A stretch of 64,000 nt of DNA, taken from an uncultured Methanosarcinaceae archaeon. GTDB taxonomy: Archaea; Halobacteriota; Methanosarcinia; Methanosarcinales; Methanosarcinaceae. The position numbers were made by a program, and so were the translations under genes. The DNA lies in the NCBI GenBank assembly GCA_963833425.1, contig CAWHXP010000003.1, positions 512,001-576,000 of the forward strand, in the 5' to 3' direction. Of the stretch, positions 33,638 to 45,694 are shown piece after piece. The notes under the pieces are model-generated. The model worked only from the letters and a program-made list of their open reading frames with translations. It made no database searches and was not told the origin of the DNA. Each line of letters begins with the position of its first letter. Positions within the stretch are counted from its first letter, which is position 1.

Positions 33638-35229
33638 TGTTAAGAAAAAAGGTAACTGAGGCTAATAATTTAAGCTAAATATTGGCAAAGAAAGAATAGA
33701 ATCCGAGTTATTGCAACGACCAGGTGTTACTGGTATAGATGTCGATTTTAAGTATGTAGATGGGAAGAAAACAGACGAAATTGCTATACGTGTGTTTGTC
33801 GAAGAGAAAAAAGATGTCCCTTTTAATGAGCGAATTCCGGAAACTATAGAGGGAGTTCGAACGGATGTTATCCAGCGCACTTTAGTCCTGCAATCACTAA
33901 GAGTACCAGTTACAGAGATTATTCCTCAAGCAGATGCAGGGAACTACAATCCTTTAAGGGGAGGTATTAGCGTCGGGCCGTGTAGAGTTATCAATGGATA
34001 TGTCTACGCTGGCACACTGTGCTATCGTAAATGACAATGCAACTGGCAAACCAATGGCTTCTAAGTAATTTCCATGTCATGTGTTTGGATAATGGATGGA
34101 AGCAGGGAGACACTATGTTCCAGCCCAGCAGAGTGGATGGAGGAAACTGTCAGGCTGAGATTGTTGGTACACTATCGAGAGCTTCTCTAGGTAGACAAAT
34201 AGACTGCGCAGTTGCGGATATCACAGCACGTAATTCAGTCTGTGATATAATAGATATCGGCAATGTTAGCGTACCGCATATGTAATACATGATATGACTG
34301 TTCGAAAACGCGGCCGCACTACAGGATTGACTTATGGCTCGTTTGATGGCATCAGCTTGTCTTTCGACATTGATTACGGTGATGGTATAGGAACTAAAAC
34401 ACTTACGAATCAGTTTACTATTCGTGCCATCAATACACTAAACCCAAAATTCAACGACCACGGCGATTTAGGTTCTGTTGTAGTTAACGATGCGTCAGAG
34501 GTAGTTGGTTTACTCTTCACAGGCTCTAACGAAGACCCAGCTATTTCAATAGCCAGCCCAATCCATTCAGTAACCAGTACCTTAAATGTGAATATATGCA
34601 TTACTAATATCACTCCGACTTTTGTCCCTCTATACCGCTACTGGAACCCTGGAGGCACCGACCACTTTTATACTACTCAATGGAGTGAGTTGGGAATTGG
34701 AAATCATGGATGGGGATTTGAAGGAATTCAATGTTATGTCTGCTCACAACAACAGCAAGGAACCGTTCCACTATACCGCTACTGGAATCCTGGAATCAGC
34801 GATCACTTTTATACTAATAATTGGGGTGAGATGGGGACTGGAAATTATGAATAGGGTTATGAGGGAATTCAATGTTATGTCTACTCACAACAACAGCAAG
34901 GAACCGTTCCACTATACCGCTACTGGAATTCTGGAATCGGTGACCACTTTTATACTACTAATTGGGGTGAGCTGGGGGCTGGAAATCATGGATGGAGCTA
35001 TGAAGGAATTCAGTGCTATGTACTCACTCAATACACAGGAGGCCAACTTTCTATGGAAAAGATGGCAATTAATATCCATGGGATCAGTAGCCAACCGTCT
35101 ATACCGTGGATATTCAGAGCATTTAAGGCTGGGTCAACTGTGAAAACAGAATTGATTCCTGAAACTTTCAAGATACGGCTTGAAACAAAATCGTCACAAG
35201 GATCAAACTCGTTTACAACAGGTGATTGA
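33638..35229 (+). pseudogene. Trypsin-like (S1, Nal1-like) serine protease with three C-terminal 47-aa PLYRYWN..DHFYT repeats (DUF5648-like), disrupted
   Basis: IRVFVEEKK..IPETIEGVRTDV, GGISVGP..AGTL, SNFHV, DCAVA, KRGRTTGLTYG, GDLGS (GDSGS Ser to Leu). 141-bp repeats at 34624, 34765 and 34906. Frameshifts and TGG>TAG at 34852. Confidence 0.75.
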
Positions 35230-35286
35230 TTTTAAGGTACTAGGCATCCTTGAACCCTTTTAAGTAGATACAACTCTATTAATCTA

Positions 35287-35377
35287 GGGGATTGCTAAAG
35301 ACCCCATTTTTTTGGTTTATTGTTTATAGAAGGTATATAAGCAGTTTGTTGAAATTCGAGATTTATCGAAATATCTC
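35287..35377 (-). mobile_element. MITE family B copy, inverted
   Basis: Reverse complement matches 33511-33599; CTAG at its left boundary. Confidence 0.75.
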
Positions 35378-35402
35378 TTTTCATTTTTTATTTAATTTTC
35401 TA

Positions 35403-35489
35403 GTGGATTTCGATAAACATCCGAGTTCAACAAATTACTTATATAGCTATATAAGCAACCAGCCAAAGATTAGGTTTTATTGAAATCAT
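35403..35489 (+). mobile_element. MITE family B copy (diverged)
   Basis: GTGGATTTCGATAAACATCCGAGTTCAACAAA...TTTTATTGAAATC; CTAG at its left boundary. Confidence 0.6.
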
Positions 35490-35648
35490 TTTAAATTTGA
35501 CTGTAATTGAAAAAATGCACCGGTTTTATAGCAAAAGCTGTGCATTAACATATCAGTTTTGTAAGCCATGAGTGCTGATATGATTACTTTCTCAAAATAC
35601 ATGCTATTTGAGAAAATCTTTAATAGCGCATATAACCTTTTTTCATAT

Positions 35649-35846
35649 ATGCAAGAGACCTATAAGTTTTCAGCAGTAATTCATAAAGAAGGGAAATGGT
35701 ACGTATCATGGTGCCCAGAACTTGACGTGGCAAGCCAGGGGGAAACTATTGAAAAAACGATCGATAACCTTAAAAAGGCTGTGACACTTTCTCTTGAAGA
35801 TGAAGATTTCAAATCCCTACTGCAGGCTCGATCCTTACCACAATAA
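35649..35846 (+). CDS. hicB: HicB-family antitoxin (C-terminus possibly frameshifted)
   Basis: VIHKEGKWYVSWCPELDVASQGETIE..NLKKAV. Confidence 0.8.
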   Translation: MQETYKFSAVIHKEGKWYVSWCPELDVASQGETIEKTIDNLKKAVTLSLEDEDFKSLLQARSLPQ

Positions 35847-35857
35847 TTGAGGTTTCC

Positions 35858-36085
35858 CATGACAAAGCTTCCAATACTGTCAGCACATGAGATTATAAAA
35901 GGTCTCAATAGTCAAGGATTTAAGGTGGTCCCACAAAAGGGCAGCCATATCAAAATGAAAAAGAAAACTTCGGAAGAAACACGTATAGTCATTATCCCTG
36001 AGTATAATGAAATTCCTGTTGAACTTTGCAGTCAATAATCAGGTGGTCTGGCTTGACACCTGAAGAGTTTATTGAACTTTTTTAG
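35858..36085 (+). pseudogene. hicA: HicA-family toxin, frameshifted
   Basis: MTKLPILSAHEIIKGL...QKGSHIKM..IIP..EIPV, then TLQSIIR..GLTPEEFIELF in another frame (shift near 36020). Confidence 0.8.
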
Positions 36086-36192
36086 AGCCCATTCGAAAAG
36101 TTTTGTGATCTGTTCTGTAAAACATTATTCACTTTTTTACTTTACAATTTTTTTCTGGATATTTTTTTTTGGAGAGGTTACATTAAAAATAG

Positions 36193-37026
36193 ATGGTTAA
36201 ATGAAGGAGACAATAAAAATAAAAGATAATCAAGCAAGCTTTACCGCAATGAAGGTAGCCTACATGCGTGCCTATCATTCCATACATGCAATTCAAAAAA
36301 TCTTTGACGATTTTCTGGCCTATGAGTTGATACCCGAGGAAAAAAGGCACTAATTGAACAACATTTAATTGAACAAAATATGATCTATGATCAACCGTTG
36401 AATGATTTTCCTTATACTGCATTGCAATCTGAGCCAACAATTATTCAAGAGTTTTAAGACAAGCAACCAGTAGATTGGAAGGCTTTTTCAATAGCCGTGC
36501 ACGATATGCTGAAGATGCTTAAAAAATGCAATCAAAAAAGGAGTAAAGCAGTATGTGATTCTTGGAGCAGGAATGGATACATTTGCATTCCGACAACCTG
36601 AAATAATGGAAGAGTTAGAAGTGTTTGAGGTTGATCACCCAGCTACACAAAAATTTAAGCTCCATCGCATTGCTGAGTTGGGATGGAAACATCCAACAAA
36701 ATTACATTTTATTCCTATAGATTTCACGAAGGAAAGCCTGATAACAGCACTAACTAGCTCATCATCTTATGATCCAAAAGTTAAAACCTTCTTTAATTGG
36801 CTTGGTGTCACTTACTTCTTGACCCAAGATGAAGTATTCACAACATTTCGTTCTATCAAAGAAATTGTTCCTGAAAATAGCACTATTGTCTTTGATTATC
36901 TAGATGCCGATGCATTTATTCCTGAGAAATCGTCCCCACAAATCCAAAAAACATTATTTTAAAGAGCACACAGATGAATATCCGGCTCACAAGCATGGGC
37001 ATTTTGCATGTGCAGTTGTCAAATGA
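36193..37026 (+). pseudogene. SAM-dependent methyltransferase (leucine carboxyl methyltransferase family), disrupted
   Basis: AYMRAYH, KIFDDFLA, RARYAED, QYVILGAGMDTFAFR, FEVDHPATQ, WLGVTYFL; stops, frameshifts and a C-terminal deletion. Confidence 0.82.
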
Positions 37027-37294
37027 TTAGGTATAACATATCCCCATGAGAATTCTAATTTACCATGATTTTTTTTCTTCGCGGGAATTTGTTATATCAA
37101 ATTTAAAAATTATGTTACTAATTTTATTTTTAGTTATAAATTATTCATACCTACTACTAGATTCTTAGTCATACTTCCTGCAGTGTTATAAAATAAGAAT
37201 TAGAATACTCTGATTATTTTATTTAAGATTATATCCGTCATCAATATAATAACAGCTATATAGAACCTTTCTTTCAAAAACGAAGGACATATAC

Positions 37295-38249
37295 ATGCAA
37301 GCAATTGAAGTATCTCATCTCATCAAAAAATTCGGCTCTCTCACTGCAGTCAATGATATTAGTTTCTCAGTTGGCGAAGGAGAAAACTTTGTTTTTTTGG
37401 GTCCAAATGTGCCGGTAAAACTACTACCATTCGTATTCTGACCGGAGTATCAAGACCAACATCTTGAACAGCAACCATCTTTGGCTATGATATTGAGCAT
37501 GATACCATTAATGCACGGCAATCTATGGGTATTGTATCCGAAAATTCCAACGTTTACGACGATCTGACTGCATGGCAGAACATGATGCTCTCAGCTGAAC
37601 TCTATCATGTAGGACGAAAGGAGAGATAAAAAAAGGCTACCGAATTGCTCAAGAAGTTTGAGTTATACGAACGTCGCAATGACAAAGCGCATGGTTTTTC
37701 AAAGAGAATGAAAAGACGCCTGACCCTTGCAATGGGGCTAGTTAACAGCCCAAGTCTGCTGTTTCTGGATGAACCAACCTCAGGACTTGATATACAGAGT
37801 AACCTTATCATTCGTGAGGTGATTTCAGATCTCATTCTCGATGGAGTCACTGTTTTTTAACGACGCACAATATTGAGGAAGCAAATGTAATGTGTGATCG
37901 GGTGGCTATCATCAATAAAGGAAATATTATTGCAATCGATGCACCAGAATCTCTAAAAAAGACGTTCAAAGGTGCACAGTCCATAGAAGTATCTTTTGAC
38001 CGGAATTCTGCAGATCACCTAGATGAACTTAGCCACCTCTCCATGGTGAATGAAGTACAAAAAACAGGTGACAAGTTTAAGCTCTATACTGAAGATCCAG
38101 CTGAAGTTATTGATGACGTAGTAACTTATGCTCATACGCATAATCTTAAAATTATAAGCATCGCTACTCTTGGCCCAAGCCTCGAGGATGTATTTGTAAA
38201 ATTAACTGGTCTGCAGCGGGCAGGTGATGGGATCCATGCAATCGATTAA
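37295..38249 (+). pseudogene. ABC exporter ATP-binding subunit (DrrA-like), disrupted
   Basis: MQAIEVSHLIKKFG, GPN./AGKTTTI, LFLDEPTSGLD, TTHNIEEA, CDRVAII; frameshifts and stops. Confidence 0.88.
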
Positions 38250-39002
38250 CCAGGAGGGGTATGTAAAACATATTTCCTGTGAGAGACCTGCTGCGTGGGC
38301 AATTGCCAAAAAAGACATGCGGATCTACCACCTTAAATCAAATATTATCGTTGCTGGCATCTTATTTCCACCTTTTATGTTCCTAGCTTTGCCATTGGAA
38401 AGAATGCTTCTCCAGATGCCCTGATTCCGGGATTGATCTTGATCACACTTCTGTTTTCATCATCACAAATAGAACCAGTCTCAATACCTATGGAAAGGAG
38501 AGTAAAAACTTTTGAACGTTTGTTCTCGGCACCAATTTCTCTTTATTAGCTGGTGTTTTGTGAGAGCCTGAGTGGATTTTTCTATATTCTCAGCATCGCA
38601 TGTCTTCCTCTTGTAGTTGGTGTGATCATCTTCAGCACCCATATTGTACACCCAGCTGTCCTTGTGATTTCCATGATCTTCACAGCATTCTGTTTTGCGA
38701 CGCTTGGAACACTGTTCGCTGCATACCCTACCGAGAATGTGGGTGAGGTTATGTCTATGCTTAATACAGTAAGGCTACCGCTCATCTTTATCTCGGGTGC
38801 TTTTTTGCCGATATCTTCTATGCCACATATAGGTCAGAAGATTGCACTTATACCCCCACTTAAATATGGAAATGATATGATCTAATATGCGTATACTGGT
38901 AAATCACTTTTTTCACCGCTGTTGGATGTTGTAATGCTGATGATCTTCATCCTGATATTTCAGATAACTGCAAACTATCTTTACAAAATATTTAACGAAT
39001 GA
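38236..39002 (+). pseudogene. ABC-2 type permease, disrupted
   Basis: AWAIAKKDMR, MERRVKTFERLFSAP, RLPLIFISGAFLP; frameshift, TAG at 38547 and TAA at about 38883. Confidence 0.82.
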
Positions 39003-39190
39003 GTGATCACAACAAAATAATTTGGTGAGGATATTAAACATTAACAGAAAAAATAATCTCATAGTGGGATACTAGTTTTGCCAAAATGCTCTTGTTTGGT
39101 AGAATTCATCTTGAGCCTGCATTGCTGCATCAGAGCTTTTTCATCATGAATTCACAAAAATATTTATCAACACTCGACATATGAGAGTTT

Positions 39191-40310
39191 GTGAAACAGG
39201 AAAACGATTTCATAGTTTTTCATGGTAATCTGCAACAGTTAATGGAAAAAGTGGAAACTGGAGAGATGATCCCCAAGCTTCAGGCTTCCCACTCTCCAAT
39301 GTGCAAATTTTTTTACAGCCTATTACGTCATCAGCGGGATCCGTCATGTAGTTCCCCTGGTCCACGGTCCGACCGGGTGTCCGCTGTACATGTCAGATTT
39401 TGTAAGGACACGGGAATGCTGCGAGATCCGTGGAGTTCCATTAGAACCCACAGCTTGCACCTCGCTAGACGAAAGCTATGTCATACGGGGGTGAGGGAAA
39501 ACTACTGGAAGCAGTAAAGGAAGCATACGCTAAGTACCACCCAATCTCATCGTCATTCTCTCTTGCTGCTGCTCCGGGATCATCGGTGATGACGTCGAAA
39601 GCATTGCTCGCGAGGCAGAGAAGTTGGTTGGCTGCCGGGTGCTTTGACTGGGGACAGAAGCTGGGTGACTTGATGCAAGAACGGTTTTCGGCATTCCTTA
39701 CAGCCAGACTGGGCAGCCCTATGGCCCTGAGGCCACAAAGGAATGGCTGCTCGGCGTGGCAACACCTCTTGGCATGGAGGCAGCAGCTATTAAAGTGATT
39801 AAACGAGAGATGCAGGAAGTAGAACCGGGAATTGCATATTTAAGACAGGCTCTCTCCGAAAAAACGGCTATTGTAGAAATATCGGAATTTCCAGGGCCTA
39901 TACGAGCGCTTTCCATGCACTGATGGCAGCAGAGTTTGGTGCCCATCCTGTCGTGATCAACGTCCATCCATATACAATCAAGGAACGTATGCCCAGCATC
40001 AAGTTTCTCCTGGAAACCGGGGTTAACCCGGAGATTATTCTGACAAAAGGACTCTTCCGGCTAGGGAGCCTTCGATCGTCCAAAGAGACCGAGGCCGAGC
40101 TAGAGGCGATTGTTAAGGAATATGATAACCCTATCTTCTTTGGGAATTCAGGCCGGTTTCCTCCCTGTCCAGTGGTGAACTTAACACTCATGAACCCATC
40201 GTTTCAGCCCCAGTACGGCTTCCGGGGAATTAGGAACATCTCCGCTCTAGTCAGACAGGCACTTGAGAACAAAGATCTCCTCCGCTCTCGATTGTTTAAG
40301 GGGATGCTCT

Positions 40311-40330
<20 letters not shown>
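39191..40330 (+). pseudogene. Nitrogenase component-1 family protein (NifD/NifE-like subunit A), disrupted
   Basis: Reconstructed across frameshifts: PMCKF, VHGPTGC, CTSLDESYVI.GGEGKLLEAV, ILSCCCSGIIGDDVE, PYGPEATKEWL, QYGFRGIRN. Confidence 0.8.
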
Positions 40331-42523
<2,193 letters not shown>

Positions 42524-42711
42524 AGAAATCAAGATATCATATCATTTCACGAGGATATCATGCCGGATGAAATGAGAGAGAAAAAAGGCAAATTAACTGC
42601 TCAAGAAGTTTTAGTTATACGAACAGCACAATGAAAAATCCATGCAATCGATTAATCAGGAGGGAGGTGTAAAACTTCTTTCATGCGAGATATCTGCTGG
42701 GTGGGAAATTG

Positions 42712-43332
42712 TTAACCTAATTTGATGCCTATAGTCAATCGCTCGCCAATAGGAAGTATTGTACTGCTTAAATATTGACAGCGAGCAATTTGCTTGATCA
42801 AACTCTTCATATTTTGATAAATTCATATCTCTGGCCGGTAAAAGATAATCTTCGGCCAAGAATACTCCACCTGGTTTCAGAAGGGTGACTAAATTATTTA
42901 ATAATACAGGGTAAAGTGTTTTATCTCCAACATCTTGAAATATTAAATCGAAGCTTTCTTTTAGAGTTGGTATTATTTCCTTTGCATCCCCGATTATTAC
43001 CTCGATAAGTTCAGCAACACCAGCATGCTTGAAATTTTTTATGGCTTGTTTTGCTGACTGCTCATTATATTCAATCGTAGTAATTTTGCCGCCGTATTCT
43101 TTAACAACGATAGCCATAGATACTGTTGAATAACCTATACTTGTTCCAATTTCTAAGATCCTTTGTGGTCGTACCAAACGTATTAATAGCTGTATCATTC
43201 TTGAAACGTCGCTATCTACCACTGTTCCGAATTTTGTGAGTTCTGTCATTTCAATATATTTTTTTTAGATGCTTCGTCGTTTTCATATAAGGTATCAATA
43301 TATGATACAGCTTTTTCAAAATTAATTTCCAT
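42712..43332 (-). pseudogene. O-methyltransferase (YrrM/CCoAOMT-like), frameshifted at both ends
   Basis: ILEIGTSIGYST, IIGDA, FDLIFQD, LLKPGG. The natural ATG (43332) and natural C-terminus are out of frame with the core. Confidence 0.78.
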
Positions 43333-43459
43333 GTTTTCTACTTCTCTTTCTATCTAAATAAAGAGTTGTATACAGTAACTTAAGAAGCCATCCTCGGGAT
43401 AGGTATCAAATTTTGGTTGGTGGGTGATAAGATGTTAAAGTTCTCCTAAACAAAGATCA

Positions 43460-44521
43460 ATGAGAAATTATTTAAGGACTTTACAAGGAATAATGATTCT
43501 GGAAAATAAAGCTCTCGAAAAATTGGCTCAACTTGATAATCACGAAATGATTCGAACGATCACTCTTGAAGAGCACTTTACACACCCTGCATTTCTGGCT
43601 GGCCCGGGAAGAAGGGTCAATGAACAAGCCAAGATGACAACGAACTTTGGCTATGGGAAGTTTATCGAAGAATTGTCCGATCTCGGCGATAAGAGAATCG
43701 CAGAAATGGATACCGCAGGTATCGACGTACAGGTATTGTCGCATCCCATAATACAGCAACTCAACGCTGTCGAAGCCGTAGAGCTAGCTCGCGAAGCTAA
43801 TGACTATCTTGCAGAGGCTGTGCGACGGTATCCAAAGCGTTTCGCTGGATTCGCCACTCTACCGATCGCTGCTCCAAACATTGCTGCCGAGGAACTGGAG
43901 CGCATGGTTAATGAACATGGTTTCAAAGGAGGATATATCACCGGCCACACTCGTGGGCGCTACTTGGATGACAAATTCTTTTGGCGGATCCTAGAGCGTG
44001 CCGAAGCGCTCAAGGTTCCACTCTATATCCATCCAACACCACCACCGGAACCAGTAATTGAGGCTTACTATGCAGGCTTCTCACCAGAAGTGACAAGCGG
44101 TTTATCCAGAGCGGCATGGGGTTGGCATATCGAGACCGCAGTCCATGTTCTCCGTCTAATCCTAAGTGGAGCTTTTGACCAGTTTCCGGGTCTTCAGATC
44201 ATGATTGGCCACATGGGAGAAGCTCTTCCGTTTATGATGCCCAGGATAGACAACGTTTTATCTCCAAACATAACGAAGCTGAATCATCCTGTAGTAGACT
44301 ATCTTCGAGAGAATATTTACTATACGTTCAGCGGTTTCAACTTTACTCCGACGTTCCTCAATTTGTATCTTCAGGTTGGAGCTGACAGAATAATGTTTTC
44401 TGCCGATTACCCCTATAGTCCTATGGCTCAAGCACGCAACTTCCTGGATCAACTTCCTGTGAGCCCTGTAGATAAGCATAAGATAGCACATGGAAACGCG
44501 GAACGCATCCTACGACTCTAA
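43460..44521 (+). CDS. Amidohydrolase-2 family protein (aromatic acid decarboxylase/ACMSD-like)
   Basis: TLEEHF, MDTAGIDVQVLS, PLYIHP, IGHMGEALP, DRIMFSADYP; true start may be ATG 43547. Confidence 0.88.
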   Translation: MRNYLRTLQGIMILENKALEKLAQLDNHEMIRTITLEEHFTHPAFLAGPGRRVNEQAKMTTNFGYGKFIEELSDLGDKRIAEMDTAGIDVQVLSHPIIQQLNAVEAVELAREANDYLAEAVRRYPKRFAGFATLPIAAPNIAAEELERMVNEHGFKGGYITGHTRGRYLDDKFFWRILERAEALKVPLYIHPTPPPEPVIEAYYAGFSPEVTSGLSRAAWGWHIETAVHVLRLILSGAFDQFPGLQIMIGHMGEALPFMMPRIDNVLSPNITKLNHPVVDYLRENIYYTFSGFNFTPTFLNLYLQVGADRIMFSADYPYSPMAQARNFLDQLPVSPVDKHKIAHGNAERILRL

Positions 44522-44539
44522 CAAAAGGATAATGGAACC

Positions 44540-44817
44540 ATAGAACAAGATCATCGATCTATAAAGCGGATAGTTCATTCAATGTTAGTATTTCAGTCTT
44601 TTTGATCTGCTAATAAGACTTTAAAAGGAATTGAAGCTATGAACATAATCAAAAAAAGACAAATCAATAATTTAAATTACTCTGTTCTTAATGAAGTCAA
44701 ATATATTAATCAATTATTTGGTATAGTTTTATAATGTTGGTACATTTTTCTTGAATATTTTGATTTTTATTCATACTTATAGATTACATATTTTTTTGAT
44801 TTTTTTGCAACGGAACC
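44540..44817 (+). mobile_element. Truncated IS6-family copy (3' end plus right IR)
   Basis: IEQDHRSIKR..EAMNIIKK fragment ending TTTTTGCAACGGAACC; near-identical to the 3' part of the next IS6. Confidence 0.85.
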
Positions 44818-44840
44818 ATATTAAGTAAGTGTTTTTGATC

Positions 44841-45694
44841 GGTTCCGTTGCAAAAAATCCTTTCTACTGATACAATAGAATAAAAAGAAAACCAAAGATA
44901 GTGATATGCTATCTAATTCCTTTAAATGGAAGCATTATGAAGGGGGAATTATCCTATTAAATGTAAGATGGTACTTAAAATATGCATTAAGTTATAGAAA
45001 TTTAAAGGAAATGATGGCAGAAAAGGGAGTAAAAGTCGACCATACAACAATCATTAGATGGTTAGATCAATATTCCCCTGAAATAGAAAAGAAGATAAGA
45101 AGACATTTAAGACCAACAAATGATTCGTGGAGAGTTGCTGAAACCTATATCAAAGTAAAAGGTAAATGGGACTATTTTTACCGAGCAGTTGACTCAAATG
45201 GAGATACAATTGATTTCATTAAGTTCAAAACGAGATAGAAAAGCAGCAAAGCGATTCTTTAAGAAAGCTTTAAGTTTTAATCATAATCAAATTCCACGAG
45301 TAATAACAGTTGATAAGAATCCAGCTTATCCACCTGCTATAGATAAACTAAAAATTGATAAAATACTACCTAAAAACGTAGGCATTCGACAAATCAAGTA
45401 TTTGAATAACATTATAGAACAAGATCACAGATCTGTAAAGCGAATCGTTAATCCAATGTTAGGATTTCAGTCTTTTCGATCTGCTAATAAGACTTTAAAA
45501 GGAATTGAAGCTATAAATATGATCAAAAAAGGACAAGTAATCGATCTAAATTACTCTGTTCTTAATGAAGTCAAATACATTAATCAATTATTTGGTATAG
45601 CTTTATAATGTTAGTACATTTTCCTTGAATATTTTGATTTTTATTAATTACTTATAGATTTACATATTTTTTTTGAAGTTTTTGCAACGGAACC
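44841..45694 (+). mobile_element. IS6-family insertion sequence with frameshifted transposase (44906-45608)
   Basis: Inverted repeats GGTTCCGTTGCAAAAA / TTTTTGCAACGGAACC. Motifs VRWYLKYALSYR, WRVAETYIKV (DDE Asp changed to Ala), YRAVD, VDKNPAY, NNIIEQDHR. Confidence 0.92.

Noticed and set aside
34624..35030. 141-bp repeats as a diversity-generating retroelement TR/VR pair or CRISPR
   Set aside because: They are in-frame protein repeats, differences are not adenine-specific, and no reverse transcriptase is present.
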